Source of the DNA: Eledone cirrhosa
Taxonomy: Eukaryota
Length of the DNA stretch: 64,000 nucleotides
Assembly (NCBI GenBank): GCA_964016885.1
Contig: OZ024748.1
Span: 49,786,001 to 49,850,000, forward strand
Reading direction: 5' to 3'
Of the stretch, positions 11,656 to 26,345 are shown piece by piece (the stretch's first letter is position 1; the number at the start of each line of letters is the position of its first letter). A model generated the notes under the pieces. That model was given only the letters and a program-made list of their open reading frames with translations. It was not told the origin of the DNA and did not search any database. Made by a program: the position numbers and the translations under genes.

Positions 11656-12704
11656 ACACACACATTCATATGATATATAATATATAATACATAATAAATA
11701 CATAACGAAACCGAAAGAGCGAGAGAGAGAAAGGGAGGAAGAGAAAGAGGGAGAGAGAGAGAGAGAATGTGATGGAGAGAATCAAGGTGGACAGCGGGAT
11801 ATAGAACTTTCTCGAAAAATGTTCTGATTTGGTTGTTTATTCCAAGAGTGAAAATCGCAGAAATAAATTACACGTTAATTACTATTAAGCAAGGTACACA
11901 CTAATATAATTGGGAAAGCTGATTTTTATTCCAGCTGTTAATATAGCTGCGGTTTAATCGATCTTCTTAGTGAATTAATAAGTGAAATGGTGCAGAAGCG
12001 TTGTAATTATATTCCCTTAACATAATCAATTCTATTTTGGTTTTGAGGTTGTTATTAGATCTCTGCTGAGAAGAGCTGGTAGCCAGAACTAAGAGGCAAT
12101 TAGATGTTCGTCTTCACCCGCTGCTGTTTCTCGAAAATTGTCTACCCTCGGGCAACGTTTTACAATTGCAAAATATGTTTGTACAGCGGTAAGTACTACT
12201 GTTAAGCTCGTTTTGCCTTTCAGGCTATTCCTTCTACAGATTTCCTCAACGATTCGAATGTCGAATAATTAGTGACGTTTGTGTATAAGGTTTGAAAATA
12301 TAGTCGGAATTGGCCGACTGGACGTATGGTCTGTCTTGTCTAACATGCTCCATCGACCCCCCCCCCCTCAGGGCAACGAATTTTACCATATAATCTCCCA
12401 ACCTGTCACACCGAGCCGCATATTAAACATTCCATACTTTTCGTGGATTTATGAAGACAGCCAGACACATATCTTTCCCCAGTTAGTTGAGAAGATATAA
12501 GTTTTCTACAAGTTTTTATTCTTCCGCACCTGATAAATACTGCTCTTTTTCGAGTAAAGTTCTCAAATAAAACATATTCAGAATTGCAGCGTAGTTATAC
12601 GTTTCGGTTCTGTCCCAGTCTAGATTTCATTCTGTTCCCCAAGCTATATGACGTTAGGACTATCATAATTTCAACTTTCATTGAATTTTAAATTAACCTT
12701 TAGA

Positions 12705-12905
12705 TTAAGTGAGTTACTGGTTAGAAAATTGGATTTCCAAATGTGAGGTTGCGAGTTCGATTCTCGGACTGGGTGATGCGTTATGTCCTTGAGCAAGACA
12801 CTTTATTTCACGTTACTGTTTCTGCCAAGAATTGCGACCGTTAGTTAATATCAGAAATGGAAAGACTAACGAAAACTTTGTTTTCTAGATCCAATTTGAC
12901 GAGTT
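12705..12905 (+). mobile_element. tRNA-derived SINE family 2 (CORE-like central region)
   Basis: ggttagaa..gagttcgattctc (box B) then tgtccttgagcaagacactttatttcac; homologous to 28255-28471 and 63378-63570. Confidence 0.8.
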
Positions 12906-13570
12906 TCACTCCACTCGAATGAGGTTTTGTATCTTGTCGATCGAGTCCTCATAACATTACAGTATTCTGTTTCAGGAGTTATATAACCGCAAGCCTGGTT
13001 AGATCTCAGAACATTTATTTCCAACTCCACAGTTGCCAGATTTGAATAGAATAGGAAGAAATATTATGGTAGTATCACCGTTAACATTATATACAGTGCT
13101 TTACAAAGTCGCAGTCCCTCATAACTTATAATATAACCTAACCCATAGCTTAAGCTGTCATACATTCACCTTCCTTACTTACCAAGATGGCATTTCCGTG
13201 TTTGTCTTGTCATTTCTTAAACTATTTTTCCACGCTTCCTCGGCCCACTTCTTCTAATTTGGATATCTATCCAGAACCTTAGAACTCTTCACCTACGGAT
13301 TACTCACTGATTATCCAGTCTTCGAATTGCTGGACCTTTGAACTGTTCATGTATATATGTATCTTATAGTCTTAGTCTTAGGTTCTGCCGCGCCGTTCGG
13401 CGCATCGAGCAATTGTTTCGCCGAAACAATTGTAACACGCAATAAACTGAGTCCAGATGCATCACTGATTTTTCGTTTTTTTATACTATTCACACTCTGC
13501 TCTATATGAATATTGAGTGCTAATTTTGGCATATCGCCTATGGAAGCACCATAGCTACCATTATACACAC

Positions 13571-13618
<48 letters not shown>

Positions 13619-13623
<5 letters not shown>

Positions 13624-13818
13624 TTAATATAGAAGAGCTTCTACAGGACTAGAAGTGTTTCATTCGTGAGAAATCACCAGGAAGCTCCTGATGATTTCTC
13701 ACGAATGAAACAGTTCTAGTCCTGTAGAAGCTCTTCTATATTAAACCTTTTATTCTCTGCTATGTATTGAGTACCTCACCTACTGTTTTTACCTCCGATT
13801 CAACCCGGAATAACTTAT
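13619..13818 (+). mobile_element. (TA)n-flanked fold-back repeat, family B: near-perfect palindrome 13619-13749 built on a hammerhead motif
   Basis: Reconstructed from both arms: gagcttc-CTGATGA-tttctcacgaat-GAAA-cag-ttctagtc-ctg-TA-gaagctc; homologous copy at 61401-61570. Confidence 0.75.
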
Positions 13819-13820
13819 AT

Positions 13821-13892
<72 letters not shown>

Positions 13893-14849
13893 GAGAGAGA
13901 TAGAGAGAAGAAATTAACAAGAGGATGAATAGAATACATTTTAAGTATATATCTACTAATGGTACGTATATTTACGATTATTTAGTTGTTAAAATACTTT
14001 TCCAATATAATATTTACTGTTATAAGTAGATAGAAAAATAAATAGATATATATATAAAAAAAAAATATATATATAAAATTAGATAGAAAAATATATGGAA
14101 AAATAAATAGATAGAAAAATAGATAGATAGAAAAATAAATAGAAAAATAAATCAATAAATAGATAAATAGATATATAGATATATAAATGGATAGATGGGT
14201 ATATGGTGTTATAGATAATTGTTTTAATTAGTTATGAGGGATATTGGTTTATATTTAATGTAAGTAATTAAGTTAACTGAGTTAATAAGAGTATTTATAT
14301 ATTTTAAATTGGGAAGATACGGAAAAAACTCCAGTTTTGTTTATTTATTCGTTAATATGTCAAAATAAGTATAAATGTTAAAGATATAAATGTTGAAAGA
14401 TGAATTTAGCCTGAATTAGTTAGTAGTTATAAATCTAATAAAAGATATTAAAAAATGTTATTAAAAAATATTAAAAATTCGGGAAAATTAAAAAAAAATA
14501 ATTTATAAGAGATAAGTAAATTAAAAAAAAATAATAAGTAATTTTCAAAAATAGGTAATTTTTAAAAATATGTGAAAAATTTAATAAAAAAATAAAAAAT
14601 AAAGAATTAAAAAAAAAAAAAAATATTAAAATTAAAATTAAAATTAAAATTAAAATTAAAAATTAAAATTTAAACGTTAAGATCATATATGTATATATTT
14701 TCAGAAATTTTAAGAAGTGAAATTATAGCAAATATTATAGATATGATTTAGAGATAACAATATATTAAAACAGAGCGGATAAGATTGTTATGGAAATAAG
14801 TAAAAATATTATAAGTGTAATTATAAGTTATATATAGTTCTAAACGTTG

Positions 14850-15250
14850 AATTTAGGCGATGTTTACAAGAACTAAATAAATTCGTCCGTACATTAATAG
14901 AGTTCTTACATTTAAGTATGAAGAAAATTTCCTCAACACACAATTTACAAAATCTAGATAAAGCTGTGTTTCAGTAGGCCGGTGCTTTTGAAATTATTTC
15001 CCAAGTTGAAGAATAGTCCATATTTTTGCATTTTAAGTTCCATATCAGGTTTGATAGAGAAGTTGAAGATTTTTTATCAAGTTTTCGGAAAGAGTATTTG
15101 TGATTATTCCAACGAATTTTAAAGTCTGTAGAAGTTGCATCTACATAGTTAAATATATTATCACTGGTTTTGACTGTGCATTTATAGACCACGTCCTTAT
15201 CTAAGCACTTATATTTTAATTTAGTGTCATTTAAATAATCCAGTGTCATT
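14850..15250 (-). pseudogene. Penelope-like element GIY-YIG endonuclease remnant, within an AT-rich segment bounded by (TA)n (~13890-15605)
   Basis: CLDKDVVYKCTV..NYVDATSTDFKIRWNNHKYSF..TSLSNLIWNLK..WEII..Y*..CKLCVEEIFFI..NVRTNLFSSCKH: GIY-YIG core plus CxLC and CxH motifs typical of PLE endonucleases; in-frame stop. Confidence 0.85.
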
Positions 15251-15603
15251 TAAATAAACGGTTGTTTTTCAATTATTTACATATTCATTTGCATATTCAC
15301 ACATACGTTTGAATAATCCCTAATATATTTCCACTATCCAGTGAATTTCCAACCGATAAGGTATGATTCCCATGGGTATGTCTCTATTTATAAAACAAAC
15401 TTTGTATTTTATTTGATGAAAGCGTACCAATGTTGTCTTGGTTACCCTTGAAATATATATAATAAAATAAATATGGTTTTATAAATATAGTTTCCATTTA
15501 TTTAATATCATTGAATATTTACTCCAGGAACTTGTTGAGTGCTCTAAACCAGTTATAAACATTTATGTTTGTCGGACTTCCAACAAATTAAATACAACTC
15601 CTA

Positions 15604-15659
<56 letters not shown>

Positions 15660-15667
<8 letters not shown>

Positions 15668-16065
15668 AGTATGTATACGTACATACATATATGTATACAA
15701 ACGTACAGTAGTATGCATATATATACATACATGCACACATATATATATATGTACGTATGGATTTACCGAACATTTATTATAATGTTCGGTTTGTTTGTAA
15801 ACAAACAGCCCGAATTAAGCCGTACAGTGTTCGGCAACCATCGTTGCCCTTTTGTTCAACACTGACAAAGGAACGATGTACTAGTTTGAAGCTTATTAGC
15901 TATCGTCAGCACCGTATACCTTCCTGTCAGATGATTGAACGTTTGAAAGTATATACTTTCCTTATGCATATTAACGGCTGAGCAGCCTAATTTGCACATC
16001 AGGTGAGTTATTTAAGTATCAGCCGTACTAAGAGTGAGAAATGAAATTTCGTTTCATTCTTTTCC

Positions 16066-16067
<2 letters not shown>
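15660..16067 (-). mobile_element. Family A hammerhead repeat copy; HHR 15873-15915 with core mutation (GAAA to CAAA)
   Basis: Minus strand acggtg-CTGACGA-tagctaataagctt-cAAA-ctag-TA-catcgt; (TA)n on both flanks. Confidence 0.8.
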
Positions 16068-16121
<54 letters not shown>

Positions 16122-16123
<2 letters not shown>

Positions 16124-16480
16124 TTTGAGCTGACTTTTGGGATGCTCTGAGTTTTTCAGCCTCCGTGTATACTGATTAATGTTCAGAGCCATCCTCAGCA
16201 TTCTCGTGTAGCACCCATCCACCATCTGAAGAGACTGAGGTTAGGAGGACATGCTCACCGACATCCAGAGTTGACATTGCACTCAGTGCTCCTTTGGGAG
16301 CCCCTACATGGACACACTAGAAGAGGAAGACCAAGGTTAACGAATGTTGATTCCCTAAGGACAGACACTGGTCTGTTGGAGACGCAGGACATGGCAGCGA
16401 TAATGAGGGACAGAGACCGCTGGAGAGAACTCGTCCATGGATCTCGGGAATTTTACCCGCCTTAGATAGATAGATAGATA
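16122..16480 (+). mobile_element. RTE-like LINE 3' end with inverted 5' segment (16122-~16225 minus; ~16226-16465 plus) and (TAGA)n tail
   Basis: Minus: DGCYTRMLRMALNI; plus: RLRLGGHAHRHPE..LLWEPLHGHTRRGRPRLT..DRDRWRELV, both typical of the RTE-type ORF2 C-terminus. Confidence 0.75.
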
Positions 16481-16952
16481 TATATATCGGGAATCGAAAC
16501 CGTGTTGCTGACTAATTTTGCTAAAAATATAACTTTACTATTGTCTGATGACCTCTCATTGGTTTAGTAATGAAATGTTTTGAGGAAGTCGTTGAAAGTC
16601 ATTCAAAGATTCGCAACAACCAACAGTCTTGTTTGTTAGCAACATTTCGGTAGGTGAATTGAACAGTATTGTAATAAGATATCATTTAACATTAAAACAA
16701 CATCGCCATCATCATCATAACCATATCCAATAACATCAAGAACGTACTACAAAATTCGAATTAATAATCCTTTACGTCAATAGTATAATTTGATGTCGTT
16801 GTTGTTAGAAATAACGGTTGTACCTTTGAGTCAACAGAAAATCAGTTCGTTTACACAAAACCTATGTTTTCCTGTTAACAAAATGGCGCTGATTTACTTA
16901 CCAACTTATCCAGACATACAAACTGAATACAACAATCTATCTACACATTTAC

Positions 16953-17007
<55 letters not shown>

Positions 17008-17684
17008 CATACATACATACATACATACATACATACAAGAATAAGTGCATGCGTACTAACATACATACATAGATGCGGACATATATATATATAGAAATAG
17101 ATAGATAGACACATACATACATGCGTACATTGATATATAGATAGATTTATAGATAGATACATACATATATACATACATACAAACTCACGTGCATGCGTAC
17201 AAACATGCATCCATTCATGCATGCATACATATATACATACACACATACATACATACATACATACATACATACATACATACATACATACATACATACATAC
17301 ATAAACATATAAAGCGAGCTATACACATACACACACACACACACACATATAATGAGTGTCCATCCACTGGAGAAACAATCATCTTTGTTGTTTAACACAG
17401 AAATAAAATTTACCTCACTGATGAACCAACATGTCATATATTCGATTGTACACGTGACGTCTTCACCAAAAGGGACGGAGATAAATTTCACGATGATTAC
17501 CCTTTGTTTAACAATGTTTATATCTAATTATTTATTACTCATAGGCAACCATCTTATGTCACTTTTGTTAGGGGAGTGATGGGTAGTTGTCATGTTGCGA
17601 AGATTTCTGTAAGTAAGAATTCTGTTTGACCTCTTATTTACATTATATGTTGTGGAAGATTGAAGAACATATACAAGGTCTTGT

Positions 17685-17689
17685 GGGAG

Positions 17690-17720
<31 letters not shown>

Positions 17721-17877
17721 TGAGTCTGAGAGAGAGGCAGAGAAAGATGTAAGAGAGAGTGAGATAGATAGATAGATAGAGAGAGACTGACAGAATGAGA
17801 GAGAGCGAGAAAAAGAGTGTGAGAGAGAAAGAGAGTGAGAAAGAAAGAGGCAGAGAAAGATCGAGAATGTAAGATAG

Positions 17878-17916
<39 letters not shown>

Positions 17917-17978
17917 CATAATGAGAGAGAGCGAGAAAAAGAGTGTGAGAGAGAAAGTGAGTGAGAGAGAGAGAGAGA

Positions 17979-18051
<73 letters not shown>

Positions 18052-18180
18052 AAAGTGAGAGAGAGAAAAAGAGGGGGAAAAAGAGAGAAAAAGAGAGTGA
18101 GAGAGAAAAAGAAAGTGAGAAAGAGAAAGGGAGTGAGAGAGAAAAGGCAAAAATAAAAAGGAAAAAGGAAAAAGAAAAAG
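17685..18180. repeat. Compound (GA)n/(GATA)n polypurine tract
   Basis: Direct reading. Confidence 0.9.
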
Positions 18181-19723
18181 CACACCTATTTTTAAATCGA
18201 AGATCAACATTAATGATGGTTTTCTCTGTGTTGAAGATTTTAAAGAAAATTGGTCCGAATGTTCAGACCGAGATGAAAACTAAAGAGGAAATCAAACAGA
18301 TTCGTGATATTGTAGCTCACGAAGTACAGATAATGTTCATCTTTTCTTTTTCTAATTTTCTCGATTACATCTCTTATTATTTTAAACCAACCACTTTTAT
18401 CAGTAAAAATTATTTCTGTACTGTCTAAGATTCTTCTGATTAATTCGTCAGAAATCGACTATTTATTTTTCCTTCTTGATGGCGGCCGAAAAAATTGTAG
18501 AGATTGTAGCGATGGTGTTGGTGGTTGATGATGGTGTTAGGGTTGGAGTGGAGCGGGACAGAAAATAAGCACTGTTATATATGTAGACAGGAAATTGCTC
18601 TCTGTCACTATAGTGCGTCTTCCCGGTTCGATTTGGCAGCAGTATCCGGAATAAAGTTAATATAAATAAATAGATTTAGCAAGAGATAGTTTTATTCAAC
18701 TAGTAATTGAAATATGGTCGGGTAAAGTGGAAGCAAAAATGACGATTATTTATTAGAGTCTCACCCTCACGAAATTCCTGTTTATCAATGCTGTTGGTTT
18801 ATCAACGGATGTGACAATGCGCTAATATTTGTTAGTTTTTGTTTGTGAAAACTCCAATTTCAGCAAGCTGAAAGATATTGCTATTAAGTATAGATTTCAT
18901 TTCCTGCTTACTTACAAAACATTCTTGTAGGATATTTTAGAATATTCCTTGTCTTTAACATAAGTATAAGAACATAAACACAAGAGTATAGATACAACGT
19001 CTTCACAATTCGCCCTTTTATTTTTCACGTAGCAGAGTTCAATCTGTTGTCAAAATTCGGAACATATTTCCATTTTCTTGTTATGTCCTATTTTGGAATG
19101 TTGCTTATCCCTACAAAAACCAACCTTCAGATTTTCAGCCTCAACACCAGACATATCACAGTCACTAATATGTGAGGGCCTTATGACTTTATTATTTTAT
19201 TAACAAAGGAACTTTTAAGGAATCGATCGACAAGATCCCAGATCTCATTCGCTTACCGAGTGGGGTGGAACTCGTCCAATCGAACCAAAGAAACAATAAT
19301 TCCATTGGTCCTTCAATTGCTGATACTATCTACTGGTTGCAACCCCTGACAGAAAGCAACGTGAAATACAGTGTCTTGCTCCAAAACATAACGTATCATC
19401 CGGTCGTGGTTAGATGTTTCAAAATAAAAACAAACAAACAAATAACACCACGACCATCTAACCACTGGAAATAACCAAAGTTCAGAATATTTACAGATTT
19501 ATTCACAAGGTGAAGATTAGTGATACCATGCCATATCTTCGATTTCTGATACTGGAAAAATGTGCCTTTGTCGGCATAAACTATGAAGCTGTTAGTTTCT
19601 TAAATGTTTAACTAATACCATGTGTTAAAACATATAAATTACTTCTATGATTAGATATCAAGTGCCCATTCTTGCACAGTACGAAACAATATCACGCACT
19701 CTCTCTCCATTTCTCTGTCTCAC

Positions 19724-19763
<40 letters not shown>

Positions 19764-20279
19764 GAATCATAAAGAGAGAGTGTTATTTTCGGTTGAAGGA
19801 TCTCATTTCACTGTTGTTGCCAGGGCCAATAAACAGGCGTTGATTTGCCAAAATATAGGGGTTTTAATTCGTCGTAAATATTCACCCCCAATTTCTTCAA
19901 TAACGTAATGTTTCATTATCTGGTTTCATTTTGTTTAGTATTGTTGTTTTATTACGTTTCACGAGAGAAATGTTTTCACATGAATTAAAATCTATCTGGA
20001 AGATGTCTCTGAGGGTAAATTTCAATTGCTTATACTCTTGATTTCCCAAGCTAATGGTTGATGTATTATTTTAACAGTGCTTTCCACAACAGTCGAGGTA
20101 GAATCAGTTGATACACGTGTGTCAAATTTCTTACCGGCTTAGTTGTTTCAAGGGACTGTTCGTGTATAGCTGTTGTTTGTTGATGTTCTGCATGGCTGCT
20201 AGAAAGTCTAGTAGCATGGCGGCCTATAGCACGTGTTGTTTATTGCATGTTCCATCTGGGGGACTTACTATGAATAATA

Positions 20280-20620
20280 TTCATGTTAGTTTTACATTCA
20301 ACAATCGTTGCTTGTTGGCGTAATTGTTTGGCTGTGAAGTGATTTAGCTCTGGATGTATTTCGTCCCAGTCTAGCTTCATTCTGTTCATATAGCAAACGG
20401 AACATTTTTCTTTTGCCATTTTATCACAATTAAATAAATCATCATTAAGATCGTAACTCCAAGAAATGCGATTTATAATTTCGGTTCCATCTGTTGCTAC
20501 AGCTAAAGTAATTTTGTTTACCTTTCTCGTTGTTTTTCTTCGGTAAATTAATGTGGTTGTGGCATTAATGTTGGAGATAATATTCATCTTAAATTTAATG
20601 AATAGTCTTCCACGCCAATA
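20280..20620 (-). mobile_element. Probable N-terminal remnant of an R4/Dong-like non-LTR ORF
   Basis: RISWSYDLNDDLFNC..CYMNRMKLDWDEIHPELNHFTAKQLRQQA resembles the W..ELN..CY..GYM.R.K..W..HP...QLR.QA N-terminal motif I associate with these elements. Confidence 0.45.
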
Positions 20621-21080
20621 TGTGCGACTGGTCGCGTTGATTGTTCTTGTATGTATGTATGTATGTATGTATGTATGTATGTATGTATGTATGTATGTAT
20701 GTATGTATGTATGTATGTATGCATGTGTGTGTATGTATGTATGCATGTATGTATGTGCGTGTGTGTATGTATGTATGTATGCATGTATGTGTATTTGTAT
20801 GTATGTATGTATGTATGTATGTATGTATGTATGTATGTATGTATGTATGTATGTATGTATGTGTGTGTGTGTATGTATGTGTGAATGAATGTATGTATGT
20901 ATATATGTATGTATATATGGATGAATAGATGTATCTATGTACGTGCGCACAAACACTGACACAGAATATATGCATATAAGAATGTGTATATGTAAATATG
21001 AATATGTGAATGTGTAAAATAATGTAAATAATCATGCATTCACAAACACAAATATATATATATGTGTGTAATGGCACCCC

Positions 21081-21158
<78 letters not shown>

Positions 21159-21559
21159 TTGTGTGTGTGTTTGTCTGTCTGTGTGTGTTTGTGTGTTAGT
21201 GTGTGTATGTATATATTACATTTATAATCATGAAAAGATATATCTATGTAATCATTTTCCCAGCAATTGTTCTGTTTAATCTAAAATACATCATAAAATA
21301 TGTTTTCATAAAACAATCTAGCTTTAATCGTCCACTTTAATAACGATTGCCATACATTGTCATTTAACACAAATGCAACTACATTTTACTGTGACTTATA
21401 TTCACGTCTTGTTGAATTGAGCGCCTTTATGTCAACGACGGTTAGTAAACTTTCGTCTCAACTACGAGAGTATAATTTCTATCCGAGATAAATTATTTGG
21501 AAATTTATAATAACTTTAATTTCAATGGTTTTATTTAAGTATTTATAAAGAGTGGTGCC

Positions 21560-21680
21560 TAATATTTGCCCATATTTGCAATATTTGCCCCTATTTTGCA
21601 ATATTTTCCCATATGTTGCGCTATATTTGTTATTTGCCCATATGTTGTATTATTTTCCCATATGTTGTGTTATTTGTATT
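21560..21680. repeat. Degenerate ~20-bp minisatellite (atatttgcccatatgttg)
   Basis: About six imperfect units. Confidence 0.7.
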
Positions 21681-22389
21681 ATGTTCATATATTTAGATGA
21701 AGTATTTTGTAAAATCTCTTCTACTTAATGGGATATAGTAGGACTAAGCATAATCTTAATCATATTTTATATATATTGCTCATCTTTAATATTTTAAATT
21801 AACTTTGTTTTTATGCGTTTGTGCTTTTGTAATCATTGTAGCTTTATTGGAAATTTCTTATAATAGAAACGCCATAATTAAATTTAGCTACACATTAAGC
21901 ATATATTTTTAGTTAATTCTGAATTAAAAACAAAAATTTGTTCCTGTTTTCGATTCCTGGAGTAACTTGATAATTAGGAAGGAGAAAGAAATAATTTAAA
22001 CTAAGAACCATAAATAGATAGAGAGATTCCTTAATTAACTAGCGTTAAGGATTTAGCTAAACACATGCAGAGAATCCAATTAAGCATCGCTTCAGGTTTG
22101 GAGAAGGTTTAGCAATATATATGATTGCAACTTTGCAATTACGGATACTGAAATAAAATCATTTAGTTGAACTTTGTTTTTCAAGGTTATACGATATTGA
22201 TTCTTTACTTTTGAGCCAGGACCCTGATTTATTTACAAAGTCGCGTTTGTTGGATACGAAATGGATTATTAATATTCATGCTTTTCTTAAATGTGATAGC
22301 GACCTATGAGAAGCGAATATGTTTAGCCTGGAGCTTATATTGGATTTCACTATACGTAATATTAATTTCTGAGGGGTGGGTATGGGGTT

Positions 22390-22805
22390 TGGTGGCTGAT
22401 TGATAAAATCAGTAGAGCGTCGGAAGAAATGATATGAAACATTTCGTACGATTCTTTACGTTTTGAGCTCAAATCATACCGAGGTAAACTTTGCCTTTCT
22501 TGATTCCGAGGTTGATAACATAAAGTACAAGTAAAGTACTTGGAGTCAATATAATCGGCTTCCTCCGCCGAACAAAAATTCTGATTGGCCCATTGTCAAT
22601 ACTTCAAACAATTAATATTAGAGGATTGGCAGTATCGGTAGAGGGTCGGACGCCATGCTTTGACGCATAGAGTTACGGCCCTTGCCATTCTGAGTTCAAA
22701 TCCCGCCGAGGTTAACTTTGCCTTTCATCCTTACGGGGTCGATAAAATAAAGTAGCAGTAATGTACTGGGTAATTGCTGGCCTTGTGCCCAAAGTAGAAA
22801 CAATT
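22390..22805 (+). mobile_element. Two tandem SINE family 1 copies (older 22390-22615; younger 22621-22805)
   Basis: Both show the family 1 head, central domain and 3' end. Confidence 0.85.
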
Positions 22806-23696
22806 ATATAATATATACCTGGTTATTCTGTACATGCCTAATACCCCTGCACTCTTTCTATACGTTTGCCTATGTACCGCTAATGTCCTCATTTTGCGAG
22901 TAACTTTCTTCTTTAATTCCTCTATAATTGTTGTATTATTATTTTATAATCTTTGTCACATCCACTGATACTGACCACATCATCTTCACTCTTTAAATAT
23001 GACACTGTTAGTTGACAACAGTAATATCTACGTATCTTTACAATTGTTCTGTGGAATAGGAGGTTAATTATATGTCTAAACTTTGTTAGTGCTCCGATGA
23101 TCCCAAACGAAATTTTGGAAGAAACGATTGTCAGCAATAAAATGTTTTGAACATAGTTTTGATTATTCTGTAATTTATATAATATATAATATTGATTTTT
23201 GATATTGGCATAAGGTTAAAACGTCTGTGCGGCGGTGGGTTCACAGTCGAATTAATCATACTATACTACATGACTCTGTCTTATTTCATCGTTTCCACAG
23301 GAATAAAAACAATGTTGCTCCAGGCTGGATTTGAACTCTGAAATAGATAGGAATAACTAAATATCAAAATCATTAACTATTCCGCTATACCATGTCAACC
23401 ATTCTACCTTAACGACAGACTTACTTCGAGAAAATCATTAAATTCAGTATTATGTTGTTATTTCAGCTATTTAACCTCACTTATTCCTCACATTTTCAAT
23501 TTCCAGTTATATTTAACTTCGGCACATTATATGAATCGAAGACCTTGGTAATATTTGAACGATGTATTTGGGGTTTTAGATTTTATTTCTGCAGGGTTAT
23601 GTGTCCAACTTATTCGAGTAAACGAAAACAACAGCAAAGAAACAAAATAATCTTTGTTGTAACAGCTTACAATAAGCTAACATTATATATATATAT

Positions 23697-23762
<66 letters not shown>

Positions 23763-23974
23763 ATATATGCGATTACGTCATGGCATGTCATATCCTGCAG
23801 GAAGTCAGGATACGTAAGAACTGGGATTGGCTGTGACCCAGAACCTCCTCAGTCATTCGTTATGAGGGTGACATCCTCTCATTGGACTATTCAATGCAAA
23901 TACCTAATTGCACATTGAACATAAACAACAACAATAATAGAAAAATAAATAGTAGTAGTAGTAGCAGCAGCAGC

Positions 23975-24006
<32 letters not shown>

Positions 24007-24010
24007 AGGC

Positions 24011-24048
<38 letters not shown>

Positions 24049-24067
24049 AGGCAGTAGTAGTAGTAGC

Positions 24068-24117
<50 letters not shown>

Positions 24118-24207
24118 AGGCAGTAGTATGATAAAGATGCTGATGATAAAGATAATGATAATAATCTCTATTCGTTTCTATATTTAAAAGTAACAATAGA
24201 ATGTGAC

Positions 24208-24239
<32 letters not shown>

Positions 24240-24397
24240 TGTATGTATGTATGTATGTATGTATGTATGTATGTATGTATGTATGTATGTATGTATGTAT
24301 GTATTTATCTATCCATTCATCTATCTATGAGGTGTTTGTCTCTATGTAGATATATGAAGACATGCCACCCCTCCTCTCTCTCTGTATGCAATGTATG

Positions 24398-24429
<32 letters not shown>

Positions 24430-25164
24430 TGTATGTATGTGTGTATGTATGTAAGTAAGTATGTATGTATGTAAGTAAGTAAGTATGTATGTAAGTAAAT
24501 ATGCATGCATGTATGTATGCATGAATGTATGCATGTATGTATGTAAGTATACACACACACACACACACACACGCACGCACACACAGAGACACACACACAC
24601 ACACACATATATATATACACACATATATACACGTACATCTATTAACAAAATCAACCCTTAATCCTATTTGTATTGGAATTATGTGAAACACTTTTTTATA
24701 ATATTCAGTTAATGTTAAAAAAACAAAAAAACTAAAAAACAACAAAAAAAAAAAAAAAAAGAATGCAAGACTTTTTACTTGGTAATTCTTTAAATTTTGG
24801 GCTGTTCCCGTATATTTCTTTAAGTGCACTAATGAGCTACTTATGAACATCTAAAGAATGAAATTATCTCTTTCTTACGTTCAACTCTAACTTATATTTT
24901 ATCATTATACCTCAATTTCTTTTAAAATTTATTACGTTCGCCTTTGTTAAGACTTTTTATTATGTTACAATTTTTGTTTTGTCATCCAGCAATGACTTCT
25001 TACGATCAAATGAAAAAGAATAGTAAAAAAAATAAAATGTATGTGTTAGACATCTATATGCCTAGTAACATACGCATTCCGCACAATATGTATGTGTATA
25101 CATATGCATATACATATACACACACACACACATATATATATATATACATATACATGTATATATG

Positions 25165-25209
<45 letters not shown>

Positions 25210-25246
25210 GTATATATCTATATATATATGTATATATATATGTATG

Positions 25247-25366
<120 letters not shown>

Positions 25367-25376
25367 AATATATATG

Positions 25377-25467
<91 letters not shown>

Positions 25468-25967
25468 TTTGAGCATCGTTTCATGTCTATTGATCGCATT
25501 GATTGGGCATTTGATGGTAAATTCCTGAAATGGCTGTAAAAGATTTCGTCCAGAGTGGCGGTGCTGCTTCTGTACAATATGCTGATTAAGACATTATCGC
25601 TCTCTTGATGGCTTATTTGACATTCGATCTACGACCTTCTTAAATTCATTCTTCTGAATAATTTCCTGATGAACATTGCTTCTTCTACATATATTCAGCG
25701 AATGTCTGAGACAACGATAATCTAACCGTGCGTTAAAATGTTCTTGCCATTTTTCTTAAATATTTATTATTACGTTTCTATTTATTTTAGAGTCGTACAA
25801 TTTGCTTCTTAATGCCTAACAATTATGTATGAAGCGACGGGAATTAAATGTTTTATCAGGAACCAAAAAAAAAAAAATCAAAATATCTTTAGAAAGATAG
25901 CTATACATTTGAAACAGCTGTTACATACACACGAACACGTATACACACCATACACACACAAACTCAG

Positions 25968-26027
<60 letters not shown>

Positions 26028-26066
26028 GTATATATATGTATATACATACGTACATACATACACACA

Positions 26067-26108
<42 letters not shown>

Positions 26109-26181
26109 TACTTACACGCATATACATACATATATATATATATATACATATATATATATGTATATATATATATATAATATA

Positions 26182-26235
<54 letters not shown>

Positions 26236-26311
26236 ACCACACATTTACATACATACATATATATATATGTATATATATACAATATATATATGTATATATA
26301 TAAATATACAT

Positions 26312-26345
<34 letters not shown>

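Noticed and set aside
12000-13340. Possible ancient LINE-derived sequence (also 22870-23160 and 51760-52010)
   Set aside because: Only faint motif similarity by eye; too decayed to assign without a profile search.
16540-16610. CTGATGA...GAAA possible hammerhead
   Set aside because: Stems I and III cannot be formed convincingly.
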